Shown: piece after piece, positions 12,000-25,458 of the stretch
Layout of the letters: each line of letters opens with the position of its first letter
Position numbering within the stretch: the stretch's first letter is position 1
Source of the DNA: Eledone cirrhosa
Taxonomy: Eukaryota
NCBI GenBank assembly: GCA_964016885.1
Contig: OZ024740.1
Span: 261,144,001 to 261,208,000, forward strand
DNA length: 64,000 bases
Direction: 5' to 3'
Translations under genes and position numbers: made by a program
Notes under the pieces: generated by a model
Databases searched by the model: none
Seen by the model: the letters and a program-made list of their open reading frames with translations, nothing else
What the model was told of the DNA's origin: nothing

Positions 12000-14397
12000 A
12001 TGGCGATGACTTTGATATGAAGATACACTAGATTAAAGGTTGGGTCCACTCAGTCGTCCCTGCGTGCATACGTGTTGGTGTCTGGTATGGCCGATCTGAG
12101 ATCGGCAGATCCACCCACAGCAACTGCAGAGAAATGCCTTTGTTTTTTCTTGCTCCATCCTGATCCACTGGGCTCTCTTCTCCTCCTGGCTTATACAACA
12201 GTTTGCCTCGAATGCACTGGTGGCCTGCTGGATGGTGTGGCACCAAGCTTTGTGGTCTGCAGTAAGGCAGGTCCATTGCTGAGGGATGATGTTACATGTT
12301 TTCGTGTTTTTTTTTAACATGTCTTTATACCGCTTCATGGGTGCATTGCTGCTTCAACTGTCAGAAGACAATTCCCCGTAGAGTACAATCTTTGGCAGGC
12401 AATGGTCTGCCATTCTGGAGACATGCCTTACTCAGTGCAACTGTGGCCTTGATACTGGTGGTGTTGGCTCTCTCGAGGACCTCTGTGTTGGTGGAATCTC
12501 TCCAGTAGACGGGTGTGACCGTGATACAAGACCCATGTCTCAGAGCCGTATAAGAGGGTGGTAAGGACTAAAGCACTGTAGGCTCTGAATTTTGTCTCTG
12601 TTTTGAGGTTATTGTTTCTCCACACCCTCTTGTTTATTCTGCTGGCTTTGGCTAGACTGTTGTCCAATTCCTTATCAATTCTAGTTGCCTGCTTGATGGA
12701 GATGTCTGGTGGATGATATATATCTTGGGGAGCAAGTTGATAGAGGTCTTCAGTCTTCTTAAAGCTGACCTCCAGGCCAAAGAGATCAGAAGCATTTGCA
12801 AAGTATGAAGTTAGGCATTGCATGGCTCTTTCAGTGCGTGCAGCAAGTGCAGCATCATCAGCAAACAGGAACTCTCGGATCAGTTTTTCAGTGGTCCTGG
12901 TGTGTGCCCGCAATTGTCGCAGGTTGAAGAGGCTTCCACCAGTGAGAAATCTAATGTAGACCCTCTCTTCCTCTTGCAAATCTTTCATCACTTGTTTCAG
13001 CATTATGCTGAAAAATAAGAACAAAGCTGGAGCAAGAACACAACCCTGCTTCACGCTGTTAGTGATTTGGAAGGGTTGAGACAGGTCATTTCCAAGTCTG
13101 ACCCTAACAAGCTGTCCTTCATATAGCTGGGCAATCATGGTAAGGAGCATTGGTGAGCAGCCCAGCTTTTCCAGAATTTTCCACAATCCTTTTCTGCTCA
13201 TGATATCAAATGCTTTCTTCAGGTTGATGAAGGTAATAAACAGACCTCTGTTTTGTTCACAGCATTTCTCCTGGAGCTGCTTGAAGGCAAGCTCCATGTT
13301 CATACTGCCTCGGTTTGTTCTAGAGCCGCACTGGCTCATGGGAAGATGTTCCTCAGCAATGATAGGTGTCAGTCTGTTGAGCAGTATTCAGGCCAGGATT
13401 TTTCCTATGGTAAAGAGCAGGGTGATGCCTCTGTAGTTGGAGCAGTCTGTCTTTTCCCCTTTGTTCTTATAAAAGGTAATGATGATTCCATCTTGGAGGT
13501 CTGGAGGAAGTGTGCCATGTTCCCAGCAACTGATGAAGAGTTCATGAAGTATGGAGTGGTGGGAGGGACCGCCATTGATCCAGACTTCTGGGGGAATGCC
13601 GTTGACACCTGCAGTTCTGCCAGACTTCATCTTAATAGCTTGTAAAGTTTCCTGGAGTGTTGGGGGTTTGTCAAGCACATCTTTCACAAGAAGCTGTAGT
13701 ATAGAGTCAACCACTGTATTGTAGACTGTGTACTTGGGGTTAAAGAGACTTTGAAAGTGTTCAGCCCAGTCATGATGGAGCCCCTGTCACTTAGCAAGAC
13801 TCCTCCATCAGACTTTTGGAGAGAGCATGGTGTCAGGTTCGATGGACCATAGGCTGTTTTCAGGTCTTGATGGAACGACCCATAGTTTCCAGAAGGATGT
13901 GTGTCACACCAGGGTAATGCCAAGTGCAGAATGTCAAACAGACCATCGCCTCATTCGCTGCCAACTCAATATTCATTTTAAGCTTAAGTCCAAGATGAAA
14001 AACACCCTCCAGTGTAAACTGCATTGACAGGCTCCTCACTGGTGTGGACAAGGCAAAGCTCCAGTGTAACATGCAGCTTAAACTTGAGGGTGATGTCTAC
14101 CCAGTTGAATTGCTACCTGAAACACTTTGGGACCATCTCAAGAACACTGTCCTGCAGACCACCCAAGAATCGCTTGGATTTTCCCCCAAGAAAACCAAGA
14201 TGGGTCTGATGAGAATAACAGGGAAATCCAGGAGCTCCTTGCAAGGAAGAGGCCAGCATACAAGGCCTATTTGACTCAGCCTTCCTGTTCTCAGAAGAAG
14301 GTAGCCTTTCGCCTCACTTGCGATGTTCTCCAGTGCGGACTCCAGCAAATTCAAAACAAGTGGTGGACTGGTCTTATGGAGAAAATCCAAGCTTATG
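12000..14397 (-). mobile_element. Degraded BovB-like RTE LINE whose 5' segment (13890-14397) is inverted
   Basis: Minus strand: NYRGITLL, KQLQEKC, VKQGCVLAP, FADD, C-terminal CSCC..H..H. Plus strand: EN end TRVMPSAECQTDHRL and linker. Confidence 0.88.
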
Positions 14398-15189
14398 TCT
14401 ATATATGTATATATTGGGAGGATCATGCTGCCAATAAAATCACACACACCTGTTGGTTTTCATGTCAATTTATTATAAACTTTCAGTCTGTTAGTTTAAT
14501 AAATGGATGGTAGTTTATTTGTTTATTGTCAAAGCTCTTTTGTCACACATTCTGTGACCTCCTCAGTGACTAATTTGTTATTTTGTGTCTTTCTGTCCTA
14601 CACCATCTTGTTTTTATGAGCTGTGTGCTGTGTACTTGGGTTGCACATGCGTTATATCCGGGTGTGTGTGTTTTTATTTATTTATTTATATGTTTATTTA
14701 CTTGTCACTAGTTGGTTGTTTGTTCTATCTGTGTGTATCTGGTTTGTTTGTTTGTATGGCTTTATTTTGTCTTTAGTTACTAGTTGTGATGTTGTTTCTA
14801 TTCCACTCATGTTTTCTGTTTAGTTTTGGTTGGAGTTTGTTTATGTTTGTCACTTCTGTAATCTGTTGGAGCATTGTGTCTTTTCTGTATTTGGATATGA
14901 TTTTTTTTATTTCTATGTTCTCTAGTGTGCCTCCATGTTCCTTTCAGGCATGTTGGTGGAGTACGGATGAGTTCTTCCCATCTTGAAGTTCTTGCCAGTG
15001 TTAATTTATCTTACATTGTCCCTCCATACATCTTATACTACATTCCTAGTTTTGCAGTTAATTTGTGGGTATAATTTGTAAACTATACATTTTCTATCAG
15101 TGCAGAGAGTTTTCAAAAGGATATGTTCTATGAATTCGGGCTTTTATGAGAAAACCGGATTTTATATATATATATACATAGATATGTTT

Positions 15190-16438
15190 CTTTATTAGCC
15201 ACAGGGGCACAAAAGAAGGGGACAAAAATACAAAGGGCGAAGTTTACATACAATAAAACGTATAAAATATTATCACAAATGTAATTTAAAAGTTAATCGA
15301 TTTTCCCCAATAGGGGGAGACATTTCATATGGGTAACACATACCCCCGAAAAAAATGTGCAACCCTCATCTCCAGGAGTACGAAGAGTTTGTACCCCTTT
15401 CCTCTCTTCCTCCCTTTCCTCAACCTACAGGCTGATATAGAGAGAAGGCCCATTCACGCGGGCCATTCTCGCCACTTTCACCCTCCTTTCATAAAACTTG
15501 CTGGGGTACAGCAACTCTATCTCCATCCTGATTCTTCTTCCAACCTCGTCCACCATACAACCTCTTTCGCCATAACTATCACACAAAGGAAAACTGCCTC
15601 TCCTTCGTTTTTGAAGGAGGGTGGTGGTTTGATTATGACAATGGACTCGGTGGTCAACCGGATTGGTCCCACCCACGACAATAGTCGTTCTACATAGCCC
15701 CACAGGTCGGTAATGCCCCGGTAGAGTACAAATGCGTGCACGACAGTTTCCTCCTCGCGCACACATCTCGGACAGATCTTTTTCGAAGGGTCCCTGCCCG
15801 GGCGCCTGTGTCTGTAGAGCTTGTCTCAAACTGGTAGAGCTCCTCGGTAGCACTGCCAGGACAGGGACTTTTGGAAGTTGTCCATCGGTCCCAAGCAGAA
15901 GGTTCTATCGAACAGACTAGCCAGTTCGTCTTCCTCTATGCCCAGAGTTTCTCCGAGCATGTCGTCGCACTTGCTGCGGACCAACCCTCTATAGAATGAT
16001 GAAGTGGAGTCTCCACTGATCGCCGGGTCCGCCTGCCAGAGGGCTGTGACCACCTGAACACATTCGATGTGCCTGTCGCCCATTTTCCTCGGTCTTTGCT
16101 TGACCCAGGACTGCAGCTCGGTCAGCGAGACGAGTTGTGGGAATTCTCACCTCATGAACAGGGCCCACTCAGGTTGTCCAGTGAGGAATACATGGAGGTG
16201 CCGCAGCCTGAGCGCGTGTTTGCGCATCGTCAGCCACGGCATCCCAAGCCCTCCGTTTGAAGGGTGTTGGCAGCAGATGGATTTTTTCACCAAAGGAGCC
16301 TTCTTCCAAAGGAATTGGAAGAGTGCGCCCTCCATTTTGGTGAGCGTTTTGGCTGGACAAGGCACGACGGTCAATCGGTTGTAGATGACGGACGCTATAA
16401 AAGTGTTGGCCACCTCCGCTCGACCTTTCAAAGATAGT
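15190..16438 (-). mobile_element. L1/Tx1-clade LINE 3' fragment
   Basis: SLKGRAEVANTFIASVIYNRL, FLWK, NGGLGMP, zinc-knuckle-like CPRCAREEETVVHAFVL; GC-rich; A-rich 3' end. Confidence 0.8.
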
Positions 16439-16439
16439 C

Positions 16440-17795
16440 ATCCTTCATACACATCATATGTCCATAACAATGCAATCTCTTCTGCACACTGCATCTGACT
16501 CCTCTTATTCCCAGTTTCTCTCTCAGTTCATTTATGCTTTGCCATTCATGTATATTACTATCACACATCCATCAGAGCATGCAAGCTTCATTTCTTTCCA
16601 ATCTATGTAAGTCTTCTGCACACAGCGCCCAGGTCTCACTACCATGCAACATTATTGTTCATATGCATGCATCATAGAGTTTGCTTTTCATTTTAAGGAA
16701 AAAACCTTTTGTAGCTAGCAGTGGTAGCAGCTCCTTGAATTTCTTCCATCCCATTCTCACTCTGGCTACTGTACTTTCAAAACACCCACCTCTGCTTCTA
16801 ATTTGATCATCCTGGTAGCAGAAGCTGTCTACTGTTTCTACCAAGACTTCCTAGAATTTGATAGCACCTGTTTCATGTGGTTATTTACTGCTTACTACCC
16901 TGGTGCTACTTCTACATGTAAAGACTACATTCTTAGCTAAACTTCCTGCGATCCCACTACATCTGTTGAGGATGGAATTTCTACCTTTACCTTTCCTACA
17001 GACTGAGCAAGGCCATTTCCCTGAGGGGGATCAGGGTTCAGTTTTCTATTACTAGGACCTCAATCTTTGTCAGGTTGACTTTAAGATCGCTTGTTTCTAG
17101 GCCCTACTTCAATGTTTGGAATTTCTTCTGTAGTTCCAACATAGATTCCGCTATGAGTGTAAGATCATCCAAATACAGGAGTTCCCATGGGCTGCCAATC
17201 TTATAGTCTGTAGTACGATAAATAATTGTTTCTACTTTAGGCACAAGGCCAGCAATTACCCAGTGCATTACTGGTACTTTATTTTATCGACCCGGTAAGG
17301 ATGAAAGGCAAAGTAAACCTCGGCGGGATTTGAACTCAGGCCGTAAAGGGACGTAACTATGCTGGAAAGCATGGCGTCCGACTCTCTACCGATACTGCCA
17401 ATCCACCGTACGATAAATAATAAACAGGGGTGGGTTAAGAATAGAGCCCTGGTGGACTCCAACATGTATTCTAAATTTCTCACTATAATCATTGTTAATC
17501 CTAACTTTGCTGACTGCTCCTCTATACATGGCTTATACTGCCTTCACAAGCCACTCATTTACTCCTAGTTTTCTAAGAGCCCACCTGATTATGGCATGGG
17601 GCACTCTGTCAAAAGCTTTTTCCTTGTTGACAAATGCCAGGTAGAGTGGCTTACTTTTAGATAGGAACTTTTCCTGTAACTACCACACAAGGAAGGGACC
17701 ATCTGTCGTGGTTTTGCCTAGCACAAATCCAAATTGCATCTTGTCTAGATTTACCTAGTCCCTAATCAGCTGGGCTATAACTCTTTCTGTTATGT
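16440..17795 (-). mobile_element. Degraded RTE LINE (PHD family), interrupted by a SINE at 17221-17407
   Basis: VETVDSFCY..RVRMGWKKFKELLPLL; QEKFLSKSKPLYLAFV; many stops and indels. Confidence 0.88.
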
Positions 17796-17972
17796 CATGG
17801 TCTAACTAGTTTTAAACTGGTTCTATCCTGATATATATATATGAAAAGATTCTGGATCCTGACGGCTGATCTCCGGCCATTTCGACAGCTAGATCTGAAC
17901 TAAAGTGGCGGTATTTGAGCAGTGGCAATCTAGCTGAACTCCTCAAGGAGTATAGTCTATAGTCTATAGACA

Positions 17973-18299
17973 CAGTACCACCAACACCAACACCAACACT
18001 CATTTAGAAACCTGGCCCGGCAACATACTACAGCACTTTCTGGCCACATTTGGGACCTCCAAGACAACAATATTACCTATCATCTAAAATGGAGCCTACT
18101 TTCCAAGGCAAAATCTTACTCAGGAGGACGCCGTCCATGCAACTTATGCTCCGAGGAAACGGTCGAGCTGCTGTTTGCCAAGGATCAGTTATTAAATAAA
18201 AAGGATGACCTTGTTACCTCATGTAACAAGGTCATCCACAGAATGTATAGGACATATCTTACCTTCAAACCCCTCACAATCCAGATGGGTAGATCTTAG
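17973..18299 (+). pseudogene. Penelope-like element GIY-YIG endonuclease C-terminal fragment (Naiad-like)
   Basis: Manual translation: YHQHQHQHSFRNLARQHTTALSGHIWDLQDNNITYHLKWSLLSKAKSYSGGRRPCNLCSEE...LLNKKDDLVTSC(NKV)IHR. Confidence 0.75.
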
Positions 18300-18740
18300 T
18301 TTTAATATTCTTCCCAATTACACACTAAGATAGAGGAAGCCCAGAGCACACTTGAGCCTTTCCTAAAGCATCCTTAGGAATAAATAGAATATATTCAATA
18401 TTGTAAACATATACATATTGCCCTTTAAGACCAGATTAGATAGCCACAATACATGCACAGACCCATTACTCACAGTTTAAGCACGAGGCACAAGTTTAAA
18501 TGCTGCCATTCCTGTACTGCAGCAATGGCTCGCCTAGTATATAGAGTAAATGCGTACTATTATACAAACATACATTAGGCTCATACGTAAGCACCATCAT
18601 ATAAACTATAGCGTTAGCAATGTTAAAAAAAGCTATTAGTTATCATTCAATTCTATTACTTTCTTTTGCGATGGCTTTGATATACCTGATACAAATACAC
18701 TTTGAGGCATTTCTTATATAAAACAGGAATCCATATAGAT

Positions 18741-21633
18741 TAGGGGTCAGCAACCCTCGGCTCGCAGACCAGATCCGGCCTACGAGAACTGATGCCCAAT
18801 GAATTGTTTATTTAAAATTTAAATTTATTGTAATATGAGAGGATTGCTAGGCAATGTGTCAAGGAAAACAGTGATATTGTCGGGGAAAGTGTGTCCTTAA
18901 TGATGATGGTGTACTTGCCATCACTGACGCTGATAAGAAGGTAGCTTGGAAGTGTCACTACGAAAGGCTACTAAAAGAGGAGAATAATTGGGAGAAAGAC
19001 AGTCTCCCCCACATCGACCCAATAGAGGGACCAGCAGTGCAGTAGTTTAAGGTAGTATAATAAGTAAGGCGATCAAAGACATGAAGACGGGCAAGGTGGC
19101 CGGACCTTCGGAAATAGTTGCTGAAATGCTGAAAGCATCTGGAATGGTGGGACACACTATGGTCACTCGGATAGTAAACCAAGTCATACAGAATGGGGTC
19201 GTTCCGAAGGACTGGCGCAGCAGCATCATCATTAACTGCTACAAGGGAAAGGTGATGCCCTAGATAGGGGAAACTATAGAGGCATTAAATTAATTGACCA
19301 GGTCATGAAGGTCAGAGAAAAAGTAATAACTAATCAGAGAGCGAATTGATCTAGATGAAATGCAGTTCGAGTTTGTGTCAGGTAAAAGTACAACAGACGC
19401 TCTCTTCATTGTACGACAACTACAGGAGAAGTACCTAGCTAAAAGTAAACCCCTATACATAGCCTTTGTTGACTTGGAGAAAGCCTTTGACAGAGTACCC
19501 CGCTCGATTATCTGGTGGGCCCTTAGAAAACTAGGTGTTGATGAATGGCTTGTGAGAGCTATACAAGCCATGTATAAAGAAACAGTCAGTAAGGTTAGAA
19601 TTAACAACGAATATAGTGAAGAGTTTAGCGTAAAAGTTGGTGTTCATCAGGGCTCCGTCCTTAGCCCCCTACTATTTATTATTGCCCTTCAGGCTATAAC
19701 AGAGGAGTTCAAGACCGGCTGCCCATGGGAACTCCTATATGCAGATGATCTAACGCTCATAGCTGAATCAATGGCTGAACTAGAGAAGAAATTCCAAACA
19801 TGGAAGCATGGCCTAGAATCAAAAGGCCTTAAAGTTAACTTGTCGAAGACTAAAGTTCTAGTTTGTAGGAAGGAAAATAGGGCACCGGTCCCATCTGGGA
19901 AATGGCCATGCTCAGTGTGTAAGAAAGGAGCAGGCAGAAACTCCATTTTATGTCCCAAATGCAAAGTATGGGTGCATAAAAGATGTAGTGGGATCACAGG
20001 TAAGCTAACTAAGAATATAGATTTTATATGTGGCCGGTGCTCTGGTGCAATAAGTAGCAGCAAGTGCCCACAGAATACTAACTCATTCCATTGCACAGAC
20101 AGTTCTATAGAAATAGTGGACACCTTCCGTTACCTGGGTGACAAAATTAGCAGTGGGGGAGGGTGCTCTGAAAGTACAGTAGCTAGAGTCAGAACGGGAT
20201 GGAAAAAGTTCAGAGAGCTTATAACACTATTGGCCGCTAAAGGGTTCTCTCTAAAAATGAAAGGCAGACTGTATGATGCCTGCATACGAACAGCAACGTT
20301 ACATGGCAGTGAGACCTGGGCATTGTGTGCAGAGGATATATGCAGACTGGAGAGAAACAAAGCTTGCATGCTCCGCTGGATGTGTAATAGTAATATACGT
20401 GAACGGCAAAGCATAAACGAACTAAGGGAGAAATTAGGAATAAGAGGGATCAGATGTTGTTTACTCGAGAGAAGACTACGTTGGTACGGTCACATGATGC
20501 GCATGAAAGACGACAGCTGTATAAAAAAGTGCAGGGTGATAATAATAGACGGTAGCCACGGAGTAGGCAGACCCAGAAAAACCTGGGACGACTTGATAAA
20601 TTCCGACCTCACACACTTACACCTCTCCAAGACAATGTCACTGGACCGAGATCTTTGGCGCTACACAGTTATACAGAAGACCCGCCTTGCCTAAGTACAA
20701 AGCGAAACCTACAGTCAGTAGGCACCTCTAACAAAATACACCCACGTCCCACTACCCCCACCCCATCCACACCACCCCCTTAAATGTGAAGTTATGTTGG
20801 TACCACAATATCCAGTCCGAAACAAATGAGGACAATAAAACACACAGTCCACGCTGTAATGTGGCCGTGTAGCTAACACGGTAAAAACCTCCCAGTACAC
20901 ACTGTAAACGTGGTTGGTGTTAGGAAGGGCATCCAGCCTTAGAAAACCCGCCAGACAGTCCTGAGCAAGACAACCAATCTTGCCTCAAGTGGGACAATTC
21001 CGTCCAGACCCATGCTAGCGTGGAAAAAGAATGTTAAACGATGATGGTGATGATGATGATGAGAGATGAGACTTTCAAATACAATAAAAGACCTGCTGTT
21101 ACATTCTTCCACAAATCTTCTGATTCCCTTTACCTAATGTCCACCATCAACCGAATGTGAACGCTTTGACAGCAAAAACACAATTAAAAATTTGTCGCAT
21201 GCACAGGGCTCCACACATCATTTCCGCTCACACAACACAAAAATAATAACAATAATAATAATAATAATAACAACAGAATTCCGAAACATTTCTACCCAAT
21301 CACGACCACTCCTACGTGAAAAATAAAACCAAAAAACTGAGAGCCAACTTGAGTCTGCTGACGGACATAAAAAGACTGCTTTAAAGGGACAATTGTCTCA
21401 GTCGGCGTACCGCCTTCACTCTGTCAACAGCATCCCCCCCTATCTCTGATTCGTGAAACCGACAACATTCATCTGTGATTAATACAAATTAATTTTAAGT
21501 ATAGTCAATATTCATGATTAAATTTTAGCTTGTGTAATTTTACATAATTATTCTTTTATGGCCTTCGTCCGGCCTGTAATCCGTCATTAATACTTGATCT
21601 AGCCTGTGGAGGCAAAGAAGTTGCCAATCCCTG
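18741..21633. mobile_element. Non-autonomous hAT transposon split by an RTE insertion
   Basis: Imperfect TIRs taggggtcagcaac / gttgccaatccctg; 8-bp TSD atatagat / ctatagat (7 of 8 match). Confidence 0.75.
18841..21060 (+). mobile_element. 5'-truncated RTE LINE (PHD family); RT ORF 19360-20694
   Basis: 444-aa ORF with RQLQEK, FVDLEKAFD, GVHQGSVLSP, YADD, PHD finger, FRYLG; 3' UTR and (GAT)n tail. Confidence 0.95.
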
Positions 21634-22911
21634 CTATAGATTCTTAACTAACATATGATAGCACGAGAACCGAAATAACTGGAACTATCTTTAGATTAAT
21701 GGTAGATTTATTGGTGTTTGAAATAAGTAAATTAGTGAACTGGGCCATAGAACAATTGAAAATTAGAAATCTCTACTAGGAGGGGATACAATAATAAATT
21801 ATGAATGCTTAGCTTTTTAGCAAATCGTAAATAAAAAGCAAATTAACAAACACATAAATACACTACGCTGCCTTTGAATTAAATATGCCAAATTAAAAAT
21901 TTCTCTCTTTTTTTTTTTTTAACCTAATGTAGTTAAGTACAATGTCATTTTTATAAATTAGAAATATTTGATAAGGTAGAATTCTCCCTTAATTGTTTGT
22001 GTGCTCTACTAACAAGCTTAACATCTTCAAGGTCAATAGATCTAGTCACCCACTTTCTCTTACTTTTCATTCTATCTAGTCCTTTCCCTTGCTGCCATGA
22101 GTGTAACAAAAAGATAATTATCTTTTTGTTACACGCATGTCTTGAATTATAATTCAAGACATTTATCGAGATAAAGCAAGATCAGCTATCTTTATAAAGT
22201 CGTACATTTGAACAATGTAACCCCCCCCCCCTCCTTACTGACCACTCCCAGAGAAAAACAAAAATACAAGAGAGCTTTTAAGATTTTTTGCATAGACTCT
22301 CTGCCCATATATGGACTATACCCCATGAGAAATTCAACTAGATTCCTGCCGCTCAAATACTGACGCTTTAGTTCAGATCTAGCTGTCGGAATGGCCAGAG
22401 CTCAGCCGTCGGGGTCCTGAATATTTTCATATTACCCACTCTACTACCCCAAGTATCGAGTACTCTGGTGAGTAATGATCTAGCTGGTTTTTACCACATT
22501 CTATCTAATATATTTACAAGAGATATCAACATGAATGGACCTGTTATTTTTATCTAAAGACTTTTTTTCCAATTCCGACTCACCCGTCCCTTCAATCTAT
22601 CTTATTTCTCATTCTTTCTTCTGATGAAGGACCAGCATCCAAAACGTTCGGACCATCTTCCTGCTATTTCAAGCGTTAACCTAATATATCCCTTCCATAT
22701 ATTGTACCGATTGTGTTGTTATTTCCGTTTACCTTTTACATACATATATATATATATAAGGATAGAACCAGTTTAAAACTAGTTAGACCATTACTCAACA
22801 GAGTACTCGATACTTGCTGTAGTAGAGTATGACTATATTATAAAGAGTTGGGACACTGTAGCTGAGCTCTCACCTTTTCAACAACTAATATATATAAATA
22901 AATATATATAT

Positions 22912-23604
22912 ATGTTTACTCGAGAGAAGGCTACGTTGGTATGGACACGTGATGCGCATGAAAGTCGATAGCTGTATAACAAAGTGCAGGGCAATAAAGA
23001 TAGACGGTAGCCACGGAATAGGCAGACCTAGAAAAACCTGGGACGAGCTGATAAGCTCCGACCTCACACACTTACACCTCTCCAAGACAATGTCACTGGA
23101 CCGAGACCTTTGGCGGTACTCAGTAACAGAGAAGACCCGCCTTGCCAGTAGGCATCTCTAACAAAATACACCCCGTCCCACCACTCCCACCCCATCCACA
23201 CCACCCCGTTCTATGTAAAGTTATGTTGGTGCCGCGCCATCCAGGCCGAAACAAATGAGATCGTGTAGGTGTCACGACAAAAAAACACACAGTCCACGCT
23301 GTAATGTGGCCGTGTAGGCAACACGGTAAAAACCTCCCAGTCCCACACTGTAAATGTGGTTGGTGTTAGGAAGGGCATCCAGCTGTAGAAAACCCGCCAG
23401 ACAGTCCACGCTGTAATGTGGCCGTGTAGGCAACACGGTAAAAACCTCCCAGACCCACACTGTAAATGTGGTTGGTGTTAGGAAGGGCATCCAGCTGTAG
23501 AAAACCCGCCAGACAGTCCTATGCGAGCAAGACAATCACTCTTGCCTCAAGTGGGACTACCCCCGTCCAAACCCATGCAAGCGTGGAACACGGACGTTAA
23601 ACGT

Positions 23605-23635
<31 letters not shown>
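22912..23635 (+). mobile_element. RTE LINE 3' end with a 112-bp tandem duplication in the 3' UTR (23289-23512)
   Basis: RRLRWYGHVMR..GRPRKTW; near-identical to 20457-21060; (GAT)n tail; starts in a TA tract. Confidence 0.92.
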
Positions 23636-23951
23636 ACTTATGGGTGAAGGATGTCTGTATATGTAGTATTGTTATTACATATACAGACATCCTTGGCCTA
23701 CAATAAAGTACTGATGAATTCCACCAACCCTTTGTCTGGCATGTTTTTTTGTGTAGGGTGTGCTTATTATCACCAACCACTTTACAGAGTGTACTGAGTG
23801 TGTTTATTGTTTAGATCACCAACACTGGGGAGGGAGAGGTACTCATGTCTATAACACAGCTGAAGTGTCCTTCCAACCTCTTATCTGGCAGGTTTTTTAT
23901 GGCTGGATGTTTTTCCTATATATGTATTAATGTAATCATTTTGTTTTCTAG

Positions 23952-24122
23952 GTCTCATAGCTTCTCGATCAAGGAACGTCCTGAAGACCTAAAAGATGCT
24001 GTAATTCACAATATCAATGTGAGAGGAAAGAGAGGAAATATTGTACAAGTTTATCCTGCAGTAGAATATGACTTTGTACCAAACCTGTTAAACATAGCAA
24101 CTGGAGACTGCATCCACTTTCA
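23952..24122 (+). CDS. DD3-3-like protein exon
   Basis: ttctag|G...CA|gtatgt, 171 nt, phase 2/2; [10 protein letters not shown]...[27 protein letters not shown]...IHF(Q). Confidence 0.92.
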
Positions 24123-24410
24123 GTATGTCAATTCTTTTGTTATACTATACACTACCCCACTACACACTACCCCATACAGTTTCAATGACTAGTATGTATT
24201 TGTCAATTATTTCTATATATAAACTATATTTTCTAAATATAGATTATAATAATAATTGTTTCTACTTTTGGCACAAGGCCAGCAATTACGCAGTACATTA
24301 CTGGTACTTTATTTTATAGACCCGGTAAGGATGAAAGGCAAAGTTGTTGACCTCGGCGGGATTTGAACTCAGAATTAAAATAAACACATGAAACAATCAC
24401 AGGGGATAAT

Positions 24411-24511
<101 letters not shown>

Positions 24512-25418
24512 CTTGTTACACAACAAGACAAACAGACTGTAATAAATACTAAGGCCTTCCCCGAGGAAGAATGCACTGAGATAACAAGGCCAAACAGAAA
24601 TATAATATCAAAACTTTGTCACAAGAACATTAGGAGGATACATAATATGGGAGACTAGATAAGTATAAATATTAACATTTATATGAGGTAACAGAGGCGG
24701 AAGAAGCATATGAACAATAGGAGCATATAAATGCAATAAAAATAAAAAAATTAAAAAAACATGCTGTTACAGAACAATTATAAAACATATATCCTAAGTA
24801 GTTAAAAGAATTAATAAAGTTGATAAGAGAAGGCATGCAATTCAAATATGAATTTAAAAATATAAATTTAAAAATACTTCTCCAAAAAATATTTTTAATA
24901 ATGCATTTAAAAAAAGTTTGACTACATAATTCAGTCATAATAATAATTATTTTTCAAACTGTCCAAATGAATAAATAGAATCATCAAAGTAAAAAATCAA
25001 ATATAGATTAAAGTGTTATCAAGACACATCATCCAAAAGTACCACATAGTTGAATAGAGGAGAGAAAGTCAATCATTAAATGTACGGAACATCCATCTTA
25101 GCATGAAATAAAAAAAAAATGTATGTTGGGATGAAACGATCGTAATTGATTAAATGTTTTAAACACTCTTTGTCATTTATATATATATATATATATACAG
25201 TATTTACGTATCGAGAGAGAGAAAAAAAAGAGAGAAGATAGGTGATACATATAGTTATTTGCCAAGTAGCGTATGCCAAAGGTGCTCGATACTAGTGCCG
25301 GCAGTATTAAATATTGGAAGTGTTAATATTTAGTGGACTAGAGAATTAGCAGAGCGTAAGCACGTGGGAAAGTAAGAAATCGGAGAATAGACCGTTAAAA
25401 CATGTTTATTTAAAACAG

Positions 25419-25458
25419 CACCTACGTACGTTTCGCCCAGTTGGGCTTCTCAAGGGCA
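25419..25458 (-). ncRNA. Minimal hammerhead-like motif with variant core
   Basis: UGCC-CUUGAGAA-GCCC aacu GGGC-GAAA-CGUACG-UA-GGUG; palindromic stem III; non-canonical core. Confidence 0.45.

Noticed and set aside
22355-22420. Hammerhead in the foldback repeat (CUGACGC...GGAAUGGC...GCCGUC)
   Set aside because: Core is deviant, and stems I and II do not pair convincingly
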